Both the position numbers and the translations under genes were made by a program. A DNA stretch of 64,000 nt from Chiloscyllium plagiosum. Taxonomy: Eukaryota. The first letter of the stretch is position 1, and each line of letters starts with the position of its first letter. Positions 1 to 12,159 of the stretch are shown here, in pieces. The stretch is taken from positions 99,903,633 to 99,967,632 of the forward strand of contig NC_057717.1 of assembly GCF_004010195.1 (NCBI RefSeq), given 5' to 3'. The notes below the pieces were generated by a model. That model worked only from the letters and a program-made list of their open reading frames with translations, made no database searches and was not told the origin of the DNA.

Positions 1-1276
1 AATGTCTTTGGGGATGTTATGATGTTGCATGTTATACAATTGTAGAATCTTTTGGTACGGGGGGGGGGGGGGGGCACTGTCCTGTCTCTGTGAAAGCACT
101 GAGTCCCATTTCATCACTATTTCCACATAACACTGAAACTTTTCAATAATGTATGCAATTCTTTGTAAAAATAGTATTGAATCTGCCTCCATCAGCCTTT
201 CAAGCAACACATACCAGATCCTAACAACTCATAGCTCTTATGAACCACTTCTATGATTAATGTATTTCTGAGAACTCATGTTGCACCTTGCTAAAATTGG
301 TTTAATTGAAAGACAGTGAAGGTATGGACCTTTTTTTTAAAAGGTCACTACAAAAGCATTTTGAACTTTAAAAAAACTTCTTTAAAAAAAACCTACATGA
401 AGTGATATGTCTCAATTAAACTGCTTGAACTTTATGGAAGTCACATGTTCTGAGTTTATGGCTGTCAAGAGTTGTGGTGACATGATATTGTTCAGAGTTC
501 AGTTGGTGTGTAGACTGCTGAGTAATGTGACCCAACCCATCCTATCTATTTTGAAGAATCTTGTGAGAATCCAGAGTGAGAACTGAGAGAAATCAGAAGG
601 CAAGTCAATTGAAAACTGGTTGAAAACTGCAACCGTATCTACTTGCTGTCCAAACAGAGTAACCAGTTGCAATCTGAGCGGCTACTACTTCTAACCCTGC
701 GCCTGAATATATCAGGAGACCTCGCCCACCTCCATTCCCGAGAAGCTTCTGGAGGGTCTCAACTCATTTTGTCTTTGGTTTTCTCGCTAAATCTGCAGTC
801 ACTTGTTGCTGACCATTCTGAAAGTAGAACAACTATTCCCTTAAAAGCCTTAATAATTTTAAACCCTCCCACTAATTACACTTTGCTTTGCCTTAGCTGA
901 ACAATCCCAGATTCTATAGACTCTCCATGTAAGTGAAGTGTCTCATTCCCAGGAATTCAGAAATGACTGCTTAAAGTTGCAATCATTAGGTGCTGGATAA
1001 AGAGCAGCTTTTGGATTGCTTCATATGTACCCTTTTGTTAACCTTCACGATGTATTCGACTTTGAGCTGTTAGCTCTAATTCTGGCTTCTTAATGATAAA
1101 TGAGGTGGACACTTGGGAGTTGGATTTCTAAAAAAAAAGGTCAAATTATTTTCTCTTCTGGTGAAGAAATTTAGGATTGGAGCCCCACAGATGTGAAAAT
1201 TGATTCTTTTCTGGGGTTAATCATTTGGCTTTAAAACCAACTTCGCATCAATAGCTTGTGTCTATTCATTTCGAGG

Positions 1277-1436
1277 NNNNNNNNNNNNNNNNNNNNNNNN
1301 NNNNNNNNNNNNNNNNNNNNNNNNNNNNNNNNNNNNNNNNNNNNNNNNNNNNNNNNNNNNNNNNNNNNNNNNNNNNNNNNNNNNNNNNNNNNNNNNNNNN
1401 NNNNNNNNNNNNNNNNNNNNNNNNNNNNNNNNNNNN
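1277..1436. other. Assembly gap
   Basis: Run of N. Confidence 1.
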
Positions 1437-1639
1437 ACTCCTGTTTCATTCATACACACAGGTTTGTGAATCAACGCCAAGACCAACTGTTTAAAATGAG
1501 TGAAGGCCGGTGATAAGGCAGTCTATTTTTGCTGCCGGGTGAGTCCAGAGCAAGGAAAGTATAACCCGAAAGTTACAGCAAGTCACACAGGTGGGATGGG
1601 ATGGGGTGGGGTGATATGTCAGGAATTAGGAGCAAACCT

Positions 1640-2061
1640 GAACTGAACACAAAAACTGCTGGAGATCACAACTGGTCAGGCAGCATCCATGAAGACAAAA
1701 CAAGCTAGCGTTTCGAGTCTGGATGACTCTTCATCAGAGCTGAAGTGAAGTGTAGAGGGGACAGTGTTTATAGAATAGTGAGCTGGGGAGGGGTGGTGGT
1801 GGGATGTTGGAGTTCTTTCCAGTCTGGCAGTTAGACACACCATTGTACTGCTATTCCCACATTCTGATCATTTAATTTATCAATATCCTTTCTCCCCCAT
1901 CACTCCAAAGCCACTCCCACCCTCACTGTTGCATAAATGTTGCTCCCTCCACACTTCACTTCAGCTCTGACAAACAGGCATCTAGACGCGAAACATTAGC
2001 TTGCTCTCTCTCCATTGATCCTGCCTGACCCGCTGTGATCTCCAGCAATTTTGTTTTCAGA
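1640..2061. mobile_element. Palindromic PLE-derived short element with a hammerhead core in each arm
   Basis: About 1646-1815 is an inverted copy of about 1880-2061. The left arm on - reads CTGATGA-AGAGTCATCCAGACTC-GAAAC; the right arm core is degenerate (ctgacaaacaggcatctagacgcgaaac). Confidence 0.7.
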
Positions 2062-2334
2062 CATATTGAGAAGTTTTTCATCACCCAAAGAACAATGGAA
2101 ATGTAGAACTCAAGGCCCCCGCTGAAGAGAAGGAAGATTCAGACAGAGTTCATTGAGGAACTGGTAACACACTGAAACCCTCCGAAAGAGACAATGTATA
2201 TATGAAACATCATATAGTTTGCAATTAGACTGTGACAGCTCAGATCGCAACACACCTACTGGAAGAAACGTATTTTATTTGTATTTTCCATAATGTCCAA
2301 TATGGAAAGCACTTCAAGATTTTAAAAAATTTAA

Positions 2335-2580
2335 CCTATTTTTCTAATCAACCAGTTCAGAAATGTAATGATACACCTCTGGAGCAGATGGGACTTGAAC
2401 CTGGGCCTCGCAGTCCAAGGATAGGGACACTACACTGTGGCACAAGAGGGCCTCATAAGTTTTTTTAAATTTAATCCGTTTTTCTAAGCAACCTGCTCAC
2501 AGGCGTCAATACACTCCTGTAAAGTAGGTGTGACTTCAACCCAGGCCACCTGGTGCAGGGGTAAAGACACTACCACTGTG
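2335..2580 (-). repeat. Two tandem short tRNA-derived SINE-like units
   Basis: On - there are A/B-box-like motifs (GTGCCACAGTGTAG...GGTTCAAGTCCC). Related copies at about 10715-10800, 29300-29360, 40555-40670, 53450-53510 and 59280-59380. Confidence 0.55.
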
Positions 2581-2669
2581 CGGGTCGAATGGACATCACT
2601 TTTCTATGGGAAAAAAACTTACCCAAAAAACTGCTGAGGCTAAAGATCAATTTCAGATTGAGATCCAAC

Positions 2670-3410
2670 AGACCATAAGACAAAGGAGCAGAAGATGGCC
2701 ATTCAGTCCATCGATTCTACTCTCCTATTCAATGCGATTTTACCTGATAATCCGCAATTCCACTTTCCTGTCCTTTCCCCATAACTCTTGATTGCCTTAC
2801 AGATTAAAAATCTATCTATTTCAGTCTTGAATATTCTCAGTGAGCCAACCTCTATAGCCTTTGTGGTAAAGAATGGCCTCTTCATCTTCATCGTAAATAG
2901 GCTTATACTGAGACTGTGCCTTCTGCCTAGACTCTCCCACAAGGAGAAGCAACCTTTCCACATAACCTTGTCAAATTCTCTAAAAGTCTTGTATTTTCAA
3001 TAAAGTTGCCTTTCACTCTTGTAAACTCCAATGAGTATGGGCCCAACATACTTAATCTTTCCTCATAAGACAGTCCCTCCATATCCAGAAGCAACCCAGT
3101 GAACCTTGAGCCTTCAGTATCAGTATACCTTTTCTTGGTCTGCCTTGTATAGTTTTATAGGTTTATTTGGAAGCACTGATCTATGTCTTATGGTCCTGCT
3201 CCACAGCCACTGATGAAGGAGCAGCACTCTGAAAGCTAGTGCTTCCAAATAAACCTGTTGGATTATAACCTGGTGTTGTATGATTTTTAACTTTGTTCAC
3301 CCCAGTCCAACACCAGCTCCTCCACATCTTGTATAGTTTTGGCAAGACCTCCCGGAGTTTATGTTCCATTCTCTTTGAAATAAGGGCCAACATTCCATTT
3401 GTCTTCCAGA
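2670..3410 (-). mobile_element. CR1 LINE 3' fragment interrupted by a PLE-derived insertion
   Basis: CR1 C-terminal peptide (FKTEIDRFL...KAIKSYG) and CR1-type tail ending near 2670-2700. Confidence 0.7.
3144..3340 (+). mobile_element. Short PLE-derived insertion with hammerhead core, 5' inversion and 13-bp TSD
   Basis: TSD cttgtatagtttt at 3144-3156 and 3328-3340. Core cacCTGATGA-type sequence (ccactgatgaaggagcagcactctgaaagctagtg). The 5' segment is an inverted copy of an internal segment. Confidence 0.75.
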
Positions 3411-4312
3411 CAGACAAGTGATGATAGACAAAATCATGAAAGGTCATTAACTCTGTTTTTCTCTCCACAGATGCTGCCTGATGCACTGCACATTTGTAAC
3501 ACACTTATTTCGCTTTCTAGACATTGCTCACTGTGAAATTCATCTGTGGGCGAGACACTGCACAATCTTTGTGAACCTGAACATTAATTTCAGCAACTGT
3601 ATATCACATTCACCACTCCCAGACAGCAGTGACAGTTCCGCACTTACCATTTATACCTTCCCTGGATCCATCTGTTGTTCCTTTAATCATTCCATCACCA
3701 CTCTCTTTTACAAACAAGGAAGATGAGGCAGCCACTCAGCCCTTCAAACCTGCTTTTCCATTCAATAGGATCATGGCTGATCCGATTTTAACCTCAACCC
3801 TACATTCCTGTATACCCCTGAAAATCCTTCCATTCCCTTGGTACTCAAGAATCTCCTTGCCTGTACCTTAAAAATATTTAAAGATTCTGTATCCACTGTC
3901 TTTTTGAGGAAGGAAATTCCAAAGACACACAACCCTTGAGAGATAAAAATGTTCCCCCATCTCTGACTTAAATGGGCACTCTCTTATTTTTGGATGTAAG
4001 TTTGCTCTCTTATTTTTAAATGATGACCCCTTAATTCTAATGATTCGGAGATGCTGGTGTTGGACTGGGGTGTACAAAGTTAAAAATCACACAACACCAG
4101 GTTATAGTCCAACAGGTTTAATTGGAAGCACACTAGCTTTCGGAGCGACTCTCCTTCATCAGGTGATTGTGGAGGGCTCGATTGTAACACAGAATTTATA
4201 GCAAAAATTTGCAGTGTGATGTAACTGAAATTATACATTGAAGAATTGTTTGTCTGTTAAGCTTTCATCTGTTAGAATACAGTGATAGTTTCACTTCTTT
4301 CATGAAAGATCT

Positions 4313-5015
4313 NNNNNNNNNNNNNNNNNNNNNNNNNNNNNNNNNNNNNNNNNNNNNNNNNNNNNNNNNNNNNNNNNNNNNNNNNNNNNNNNNNNNNNNN
4401 NNNNNNNNNNNNNNNNNNNNNNNNNNNNNNNNNNNNNNNNNNNNNNNNNNNNNNNNNNNNNNNNNNNNNNNNNNNNNNNNNNNNNNNNNNNNNNNNNNNN
4501 NNNNNNNNNNNNNNNNNNNNNNNNNNNNNNNNNNNNNNNNNNNNNNNNNNNNNNNNNNNNNNNNNNNNNNNNNNNNNNNNNNNNNNNNNNNNNNNNNNNN
4601 NNNNNNNNNNNNNNNNNNNNNNNNNNNNNNNNNNNNNNNNNNNNNNNNNNNNNNNNNNNNNNNNNNNNNNNNNNNNNNNNNNNNNNNNNNNNNNNNNNNN
4701 NNNNNNNNNNNNNNNNNNNNNNNNNNNNNNNNNNNNNNNNNNNNNNNNNNNNNNNNNNNNNNNNNNNNNNNNNNNNNNNNNNNNNNNNNNNNNNNNNNNN
4801 NNNNNNNNNNNNNNNNNNNNNNNNNNNNNNNNNNNNNNNNNNNNNNNNNNNNNNNNNNNNNNNNNNNNNNNNNNNNNNNNNNNNNNNNNNNNNNNNNNNN
4901 NNNNNNNNNNNNNNNNNNNNNNNNNNNNNNNNNNNNNNNNNNNNNNNNNNNNNNNNNNNNNNNNNNNNNNNNNNNNNNNNNNNNNNNNNNNNNNNNNNNN
5001 NNNNNNNNNNNNNNN
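4313..5015. other. Assembly gap
   Basis: Run of N inside the PLE. Confidence 1.
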
Positions 5016-5607
5016 ACAATCTGACACATTTTGCAGCGTCCACCGTGACAGGGTTGTATGGAGTTGTCCTGAGAGCCGGGCAGCTTATTATGAACAATGA
5101 TCTGTTTGAGGTTTGGGGGTTGTTTAAAGGCGAGTAGTGGAGGTGTGGGGAAGGTCTTGGTGAGGTGCTCATCTCCATTGATAATGTGTTGCAGGTCGCG
5201 AAGAACATGGCGTGCGTTTTCAGCCCCTGGGAAGTACTGAACAACGAAGGGTACCCTGTCAATTGCAGCCCATGTCTGTCTCCAGAGGAGGTCATTACGG
5301 TTCCTTGCTGTGGCATGTCAGAACTGGCGGTCGATGAGTTGAACATTGTAACCCGTTCTTGTGAGGGCATCCCTGAGTACTTCCAGGTGTCCGTCACGTT
5401 CCTCCTCATCTGAGCAGATCCGGTGTATGCGTAGGGCTTGTCCATAGGGAATGGCTGTTTTAATATGTTTCTAACAGATGAAAGGCTTAACAGACAATCA
5501 ATTCTTCAATGTATAATTTCAGTTACATCACACTGCAAATTTTTGCTATAAATTCTGTGTTACGATCCACAATCACCTGATGAAGGAGCGTCGCTCCGAA
5601 AACGATC

Positions 5608-5650
5608 CACAATCACCTGATGAAGGAGCGTCGCTCCGAAAGCTAGTGTG
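5608..5650 (+). ncRNA. Minimal type-I hammerhead ribozyme motif
   Basis: CAC-CTGATGA-A-GGAGC GTC GCTCC-GAAA-GCTA-GTG: intact core, stem II GGAGC/GCTCC, palindromic AGCU helix III, CUA cleavage triplet, helix I CAC/GTG. Confidence 0.75.
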
Positions 5651-7550
5651 CTTCCCTTAATTCTAGACTCTCCCACAAGAGGAAACATCTTTTCCGCGTC
5701 CACCTGGTCAAGGACCCTCAGGATCTTTTATGGTTAAATCAAGTCACCTCTGACTGTTCTAAACATCAGAGGATACAGACCTAGCTTTTACTCTTAAGGC
5801 AATCCACTCATTCCAGGGCACCATCGTTACTTTTCAGTATTTTTAATCTCTTGCCCTTTATCTTGCATTGGATTCCTTGTTCTTCCTCTCCCCCTGACTT
5901 GCTACAAATCTGTAAATCTCTGATTTGTGAAGCTCTGGCAAAAGCCAGTTGCTCATGCCCACCCTCCCAAGGTGTCATTGTAAACTCACGTCCATTCTGG
6001 TCCATCTAGTCAGAGTCCCGAACAACATGATGCACAGCAATAAATGGTTTGGGTTGAGGGTGTGGGCCAAAGGGGGTAAAGTAATGTGCATCATGTGGAG
6101 TCAGGAGCAGTCACACAGTGGGTAGTTAGGATCTGCAATGCACTGCCTGGAAATGTGGAGGCAGGTTCAACTGAAACATTCAAGATGGGCCCTGGAAGAT
6201 TATTTGGATGAAAGGAATGTGCAAGGCTATGGGGGAAGAAACAGGAGATTGGTACCAGGTAATGACCCTCATATATAATGGCTGGTGCAGGCATGATGGG
6301 CCAAATGGCCTCTTTCTGCATCCTAATGCTTTTGGGTTGAAGCTAAGAGGCAATAACACTGATTCCTTTCAGTTGGTCTTAATCCTTTAGAGAATTCACA
6401 CAGACACTAACTCACAAAGATTACAGGTTACAACGGGTTATGTGACTTCCTGTGAGCACGTACACCATTTTCTGCTTTTGTTTCGGATTTTTGGAGGTGG
6501 CTCTCCCAAAGCACTGTCATTCGCTAAAGTAAATATTATCTCATTCATGCCTTTGTGAACAGCCAGGGAAGATGACCGATGGTCACATGAACCAAACATA
6601 GTCACAAGTCAGCACCTTTAAAGCTGGGGAAGGGCTTGGGTATGAAAGACAGGCAGAATAAAACTGCATTATATTATGTGCTTATAAGCCAATGACTGCT
6701 GCATTAATTGCCTGTAGAATTCATATACACTAACTCACTGTAGCCTTATTAATTCTCTCAACTCTCGCACTGCATTCTCAGGAATGTTTCAGAACAGGCA
6801 GAAGAGGATGAGTTGGGTAAGATCTCTCACCAGGCTACATGCTCATTGAACTCTAAACAATATCTAAACAACAACTCCTGACAGCCATAAACTCAGACAT
6901 GTGACTTCCAGTAAACATGTCGAACAGGTCAAGACAGGTGATCTCCAAATCTTTGTATTTAATAAAGTAAGCTTTCAGTAGCCTCTAAAGAACTAAAACC
7001 CATACCTTTTCAGACTTCCAAATTAACTAATTTTTGCAATCTTTTAAACTTGCATAGGTGCTTTCATAGAGATAGGACATGGGCTGAATGGGCTTCTTTG
7101 ATACTGTAAGATTCCATGATTGTTTAATCTGTAAAGTACTAACTCTCCTCAGTGCATTTTGTTCATATCTCCAGTGTCCTGGTCAAAATCTATTCCTTTC
7201 TCTGACCTTTATCATGTTTCTGTTTGTGGGAGTTTACTTTGCTCAAATTGATTGCCGTGATTCATATAACAAGGACTATAAATATATACCTTGTTGGCTG
7301 TGAAAGCCTCTGGAAAGTGCAAAGGATGTTAGAGATGCTACAGTACATCACATGGATGAGCACTAGAAAGTCATAACATTCAACGTTATGGGCCTAGTGT
7401 TGGAAAGTGGGACTAGTGTAGATTTAGAATAGTTTTTGTCAGTGTAGACTTGATGGACCGAACGGCCTTTCTGTACTGTATGATTCAATGATAAATGCAT
7501 ATTTTTCATCATCTTCAGGATTGAGGGAAACCACACCTTGTATTTCTTTT

Positions 7551-7855
7551 ATTAGATTAGATTCCCTACAGTGTGGAAACAGGCCCTTTGGCCCAACTGG
7601 TCCACACCGACCCTCCGAAGAGTAACCCACTAAGACCCATTTCCCTCTGACTTATGCACCTAACACTATGGGCAAATTAGCATGGCCAATTTACCTGTCT
7701 TGCACATCTTTGGACTGTGGGAGAAAACCAGAGCACCCAGAGGAAACCCACCCAGACACAGGGAGAATGTGCATACTCCTGACAGAGAGTCACCCGAGGT
7801 TGGAATCGAACCTGGCACCCTGAGGCAGCAGTGCTAACCACTGAACCACCGTGCC
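7551..7855 (-). mobile_element. HE1-like tRNA-derived SINE
   Basis: Reverse complement of GGCACGGTGGTTCAGTGGTTAGCACTGCTGCCTCA... with (ATCTA)n tail. Confidence 0.8.
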
Positions 7856-8639
7856 AGTGATATTTAACAACATTAAAAGGATGATATTTAACAACTTTTA
7901 AATTCTGTCAAGGATACAAGAATTCTCAGCTCAATATGTATCTCAGCTCACTGCCATTGTTGCCCATATTGTCAAATATCTCACCCCCCTAAGTGGCTCA
8001 ATGCTGTGGTTGCAGTGATTTACAGAACCCAGCATATCCACACAAGCAGAATTGTTCTGGAAACTTCCATCTAGCAGTGTGACAGAAGATCTTCACAGAT
8101 TATTGATTGGGAGAGAGGAAAAACAAAAAGAGAATCATTCACCTTATATTTCCGGGACTCATTTCATGCTGGAAGGATGAAAATGTGACCTTATTGTAAT
8201 GAAGGGAGGGAAACTGTTACTCTGAAGTGAAGCTCATTAGCAGCTCTTTAAAATGTGAAGTGTAAACATTCAAATGAAATTTAATATCTATTGACAGAGC
8301 CACATGCGAATGTATTGTGGAGATGGTCAATCTGCAGTAATGCCATTTTTTCAACAGGTGAGTCTATTTCCATCAGTGTTGATGTTAGCCGCCTTTACTG
8401 TTGAAAAATTTCCTAACATAAATGGTCACGGGTGGACTTATTAGTCAAAACCCAGTGCAATTGTTGCAGTTTTTGACTTAATCATTCAGTCAGGGGATAA
8501 GATTAGCATTTATTCCCCTTGAGGTGGTGGTGCTGAGCTGTAGTTCAGGTGATGGTAGTCCTACAGGGCTAGTATACATTTTACATTTGCTAGGCTATTT
8601 CAGAGAGTAGGAACAGGAGTAAAGCCATACAGCCCATTG

Positions 8640-9480
8640 AGTCATAGAGTCATAGAGATGTACAGCATGGAAACAGACCCCTCGGTCCAACCCATCCATA
8701 CCGACCAGATATCCCAACCTAATCTAGTCCCAACTGCCAACACCCAGCCTATATCCCTCCAAACCCTTCCTATTCATATACCCATCCAAATGCGTCTTAA
8801 ATGTTGCAATTGTACCAGCCTCCACCACATCCTCTGGCAGCTATTTCCATACATGAACCACCCTCTGCGTGAAAAAGTTGCCCCTTAGGTCTCTTTTATA
8901 TCTTTCCCCTCTCACCCTAAACTTATACCCTCTAGTTCTGGACTCCCCGACCCCAGGGAAAAGACTTTGTCTGTTTATCCTATCCATGCCCCTCATAATT
9001 TTGTAAACCTCTATAAGGTCACCCCTCAGCCTCTAACGCTCCAGGGAAAACAGCCCCAGCCTGTTCAGCCTCTCCCTGTAGCTCAGATCCTCCAACCCTG
9101 GCACATCCTTGTAAATCTTTTCTGAACTCTTTCAAGTTTCACAACATCTTTCCGATAGACCAGAATTGCACACAATATTCCAAAAGTGACCTAACCAATG
9201 TCCTGTACAGCTGCAACATGACCTCCCAACTCCTGTACTCAATACTCTGACCAATAAAGGAAAGCATACCAAACGCTGCCTTCACTATTTTATCTACCTG
9301 CGACTCCACTTTCAAGGAGCTATGAACCTGCACTCCAAGGTCTCTTTGTTCAGCAACACTCCCTAGGCCCTTACCATTAAGTGTATAAGTCCTGCTAAGA
9401 TTTGCTTTCCCAAAATGCAGCACCTTGCATTTATCTGAATTAAACTCCATCTGCCACTTCTCAGCCCATTGGCCCATCTG
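8640..9480 (-). mobile_element. CR1 LINE 3' portion nested in an older CR1 fragment (about 8605-9980)
   Basis: ORF 9139-9492 (WAEKWQMEFNSDKCKVLHFG...LYRTLVRSLLEYCVQFWS) and (GACTCTAT)n tail. Confidence 0.9.
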
Positions 9481-10924
9481 GAGTCTGTCCACAGTTCAAT
9501 ACGACTGTGGCTAATTAAACACAGCTATGCCTTTCACCCATCCTATCCCTTTAACTATGTGTGCCATTGGACATCAGAAATCTATCAATTGGTACCTTAA
9601 ACATACTTAAAGACTGAGTTTAAACAGCCCTCAGGATTGAGAATTTGAAAGATTCTAAATCCTCTGAGATAAAAACTGACTCCTCATTGTGGATTTAAAT
9701 GGCATCCATCTTATTATTAAATTGTACCCCCTGGTTCTAGTCTTCCCAACCAGGGGAACCCTCTTACCCTGTCTGTCACTCTAAGTATTTTGTAACTCTC
9801 AAATGCAATCACTTTTCATTCTTCAAATCTCTGGAGAATATCGACCCAGTGTGCCCAATATCTTTTTTCATCGGATAGTCTCACCATCCTGGGAACCAAG
9901 ACTGGTTAACCTTCAGTGAGGTCTCTCTATGGCAATCATATCTTTCCTGAGATAAAGAGACCAAAGCTGCACATGATACTCCAGGTGGGGGATCATGAAA
10001 CCATAGATGGATACATAGACAAGTAAATATATATCTCCCCGAAAGTGAAATATGAAAAATATCCATTATTAATATTTTTAAATCAGTGTGAGATATTAAA
10101 CTAAGGAGATTTCTGTCTTTTTAGTACATGTAAGATTCCTACAAAATTTAGAAGTAGATGGACAATTATTCTGATCAGTATTCATCCCTCGACCAACATC
10201 AGGAAAATCTATCTGCTCACGATCGCATTTCCATTAAAGGCAGCTTGATCTGTGCAAACTCACTACTGCATTGGAACAGTAATGAACAAAGGTCACTGGA
10301 CTCAAGACGTTAACTTTACTCCTCTCTCCATAGATGCTGCCAGACCCACTGAGCTTCACCTGCAATTTCTGTTTTGTTTGTTTCAGACCTCCAGCATTCA
10401 GAATTCTTTGTTTTGTATATAATTTGTGGTGCTAGGTCACAGATCTGCCATGATATCACTGGATGCATTATTATTGTTGATGATCAGCCAGACTGTTTCT
10501 CTTAGCGAGACCGACCTGCAGCAGCGAAAATATCAAGATATGCAGGATTGTTTTGCTACTCCAGTTACTTTGCCTGCCAGCAAACCCACTAGCCAGTAGG
10601 GTAACACAGGTTGGGTTTCTAGAGGTGTTGACATTTTATTTATGAACAAAAGTATTATTCAGCATCTGCAAAGCACTTTGGGAGTTGTTGTGGTCTCAAA
10701 AGACACAACAAAAGCACTGTTACCTGTGAGTCAGCAGGCCTGGGTTCAAGTCCCACCTAGTCCAGAGGTGAGTCATAAAATTTCTGAACAGGCTGATGAG
10801 AAAATATCTAAAAATAATGTCAAGAGCACATCCCTATTTTGTTTGCAAGGTGGGTAGAGTGAAAACATATTAATTAGTCCTGATTCTCTATTTCCACTTA
10901 GTACCACAGAGCACTTAGCATCAT

Positions 10925-11119
10925 ACACACGCGGGCTCTGACCACGTGGAGGGCATCGAGAGAGCGCGGGAACGGCTCCAGTTTGTGAATGGGGTCACGA
11001 TGATGTAATCATCTGACGCCACAGAAGGGTGGAGCAGGGCGTGGGTCACGTGAGGGGCGGGGCGTGTCGCTAGGGGGTTGCGGCCCTTAGGAACGGGCCT
11101 GGGAAGCTAGAGGGAAGAG
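10925..11119 (+). promoter_or_regulatory. SYCE2: CpG-rich SYCE2 promoter and putative non-coding first exon
   Basis: Local CpG enrichment. E-boxes CCACGTGG (10942-10949) and TCACGTGA (11046-11053), GCGGGAA (10966-10972), GC box (11054-11063), donor AG|GTAGGT at 11119/11120. Confidence 0.6.
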
Positions 11120-11597
11120 GTAGGTAGCCTCAATAAACCTTCATACTTATATGTACTCACATTATATCATTTTAAATAAAAGGTAAGGCCGTGGTATATG
11201 TAGTTTACTGTCGGGCAATGACAATTAACAGGAGTTAAATGCATTTAATGATTTTGTTTTCTCAAAATTGTGCCCAACTCAAGTTTTTCTTAAATATTAA
11301 GGCACATGGTGCAGAGTGGGTGAATGCAGAATGTATTGCTGTGTTTTGCATGGCTCATACCAGCCAGTGCACATCACTAGACTATTTCAGGCAGGAATAT
11401 GCATATCCCTCACTTTGTCTCCTCCAGTGGCGAGAGGCAATTTCAAGGGTAAACTCAGTGTTAACACCTCGAGACTGAAGAGTGAAGGTGGGTTGCTTCA
11501 CGTCACGTCTACAAGCTAGGGAGCTGGCTGACAAAGTAACCCGGAGCTGACTAGCAAGAAAATCCAGCACATCGTGATATTTCCACCACTGCAGGTC

Positions 11598-11771
11598 TCA
11601 CTGAGAGCCAAAAGGATTCATTCCTGATGGGCTTTTGCCTGAAATGTCGATTTTCCTGCTCCTTGGATGCTGCCTGACCTGCTGTGCTTTTCCGTGCTTT
11701 TCCAGCACCACTCTAATCTAGACTCTGATCTCCAGCATCTGCAGTCCTCACTTTTGTTTCACTGAGAGCCA
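11598..11771 (+). mobile_element. Short PLE-derived insertion with degenerate hammerhead core and 13-bp TSD
   Basis: TSD tcactgagagcca at 11598-11610 and 11759-11771. Internal cctgatgggcttttgcctgaaatgtcg...gatgctgcctgacctgctg. Confidence 0.75.
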
Positions 11772-12159
11772 GGCTGGCTGATCAAACAATATTATTCTTG
11801 AAACCCAAGAAAACAGGAAATGATGATATAGCCCATCCAGTGATAAAATAGCTGATCTGTGACATAATTCCACATGTGGGCCTTTGATGTCCCCTATTCC
11901 TTAACTTGTTTTGTTAAACAATGTCTTAGCAATCTCACAGCTAGTATCAACTGCTGCTTATGGAAGAGAGTTTCCAAATTGCTACAACTCTGTGTGTAGA
12001 GATGTTTAATTTCATTCCTGAATTAGGAACACAGAGCATATTGAATTTATTGCAGAGGCATTGTTTAGTTTAACATTTGCACTGCCCCCAACCAAGCTAC
12101 AAAGCAAACAATTGAAAATTGAGTGTTTTTTCTTGCTGTTCCAAAGAATTATACAACAC

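Larger units (their letters stand above)
4028..5665 (-). mobile_element. Truncated Penelope-like retroelement (Neptune-type) with inverted pseudo-LTRs, inserted in a CR1 fragment
   Basis: 5016-5460 on - translates TAIPYGQALRIHRICSDEE...GY...PFVVQYFPG...PPLLAFKQPPNLKQIIV...PCHGGRCKMCQ (RT thumb plus Cys linker, one stop). Hammerhead-bearing termini are inverted at about 4045-4310 and 5470-5655. TSD cccttaattcta at 4028-4039 and 5654-5665. Confidence 0.85.

Noticed and set aside
2062-2165. Apparent + strand exon with AG and GT ends
   Set aside because: The acceptor comes from a PLE arm and the body resembles a decayed CR1 3' region.
1231-5029. Long ORFs containing X runs (also 50875-51369)
   Set aside because: Artefacts of translating N gaps.
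4300-5445. 381-aa - strand ORF (MDKPYAY...)
   Set aside because: Off-frame reading of the PLE RT thumb and linker, extended by the gap. The real PLE frame is different and has a stop.
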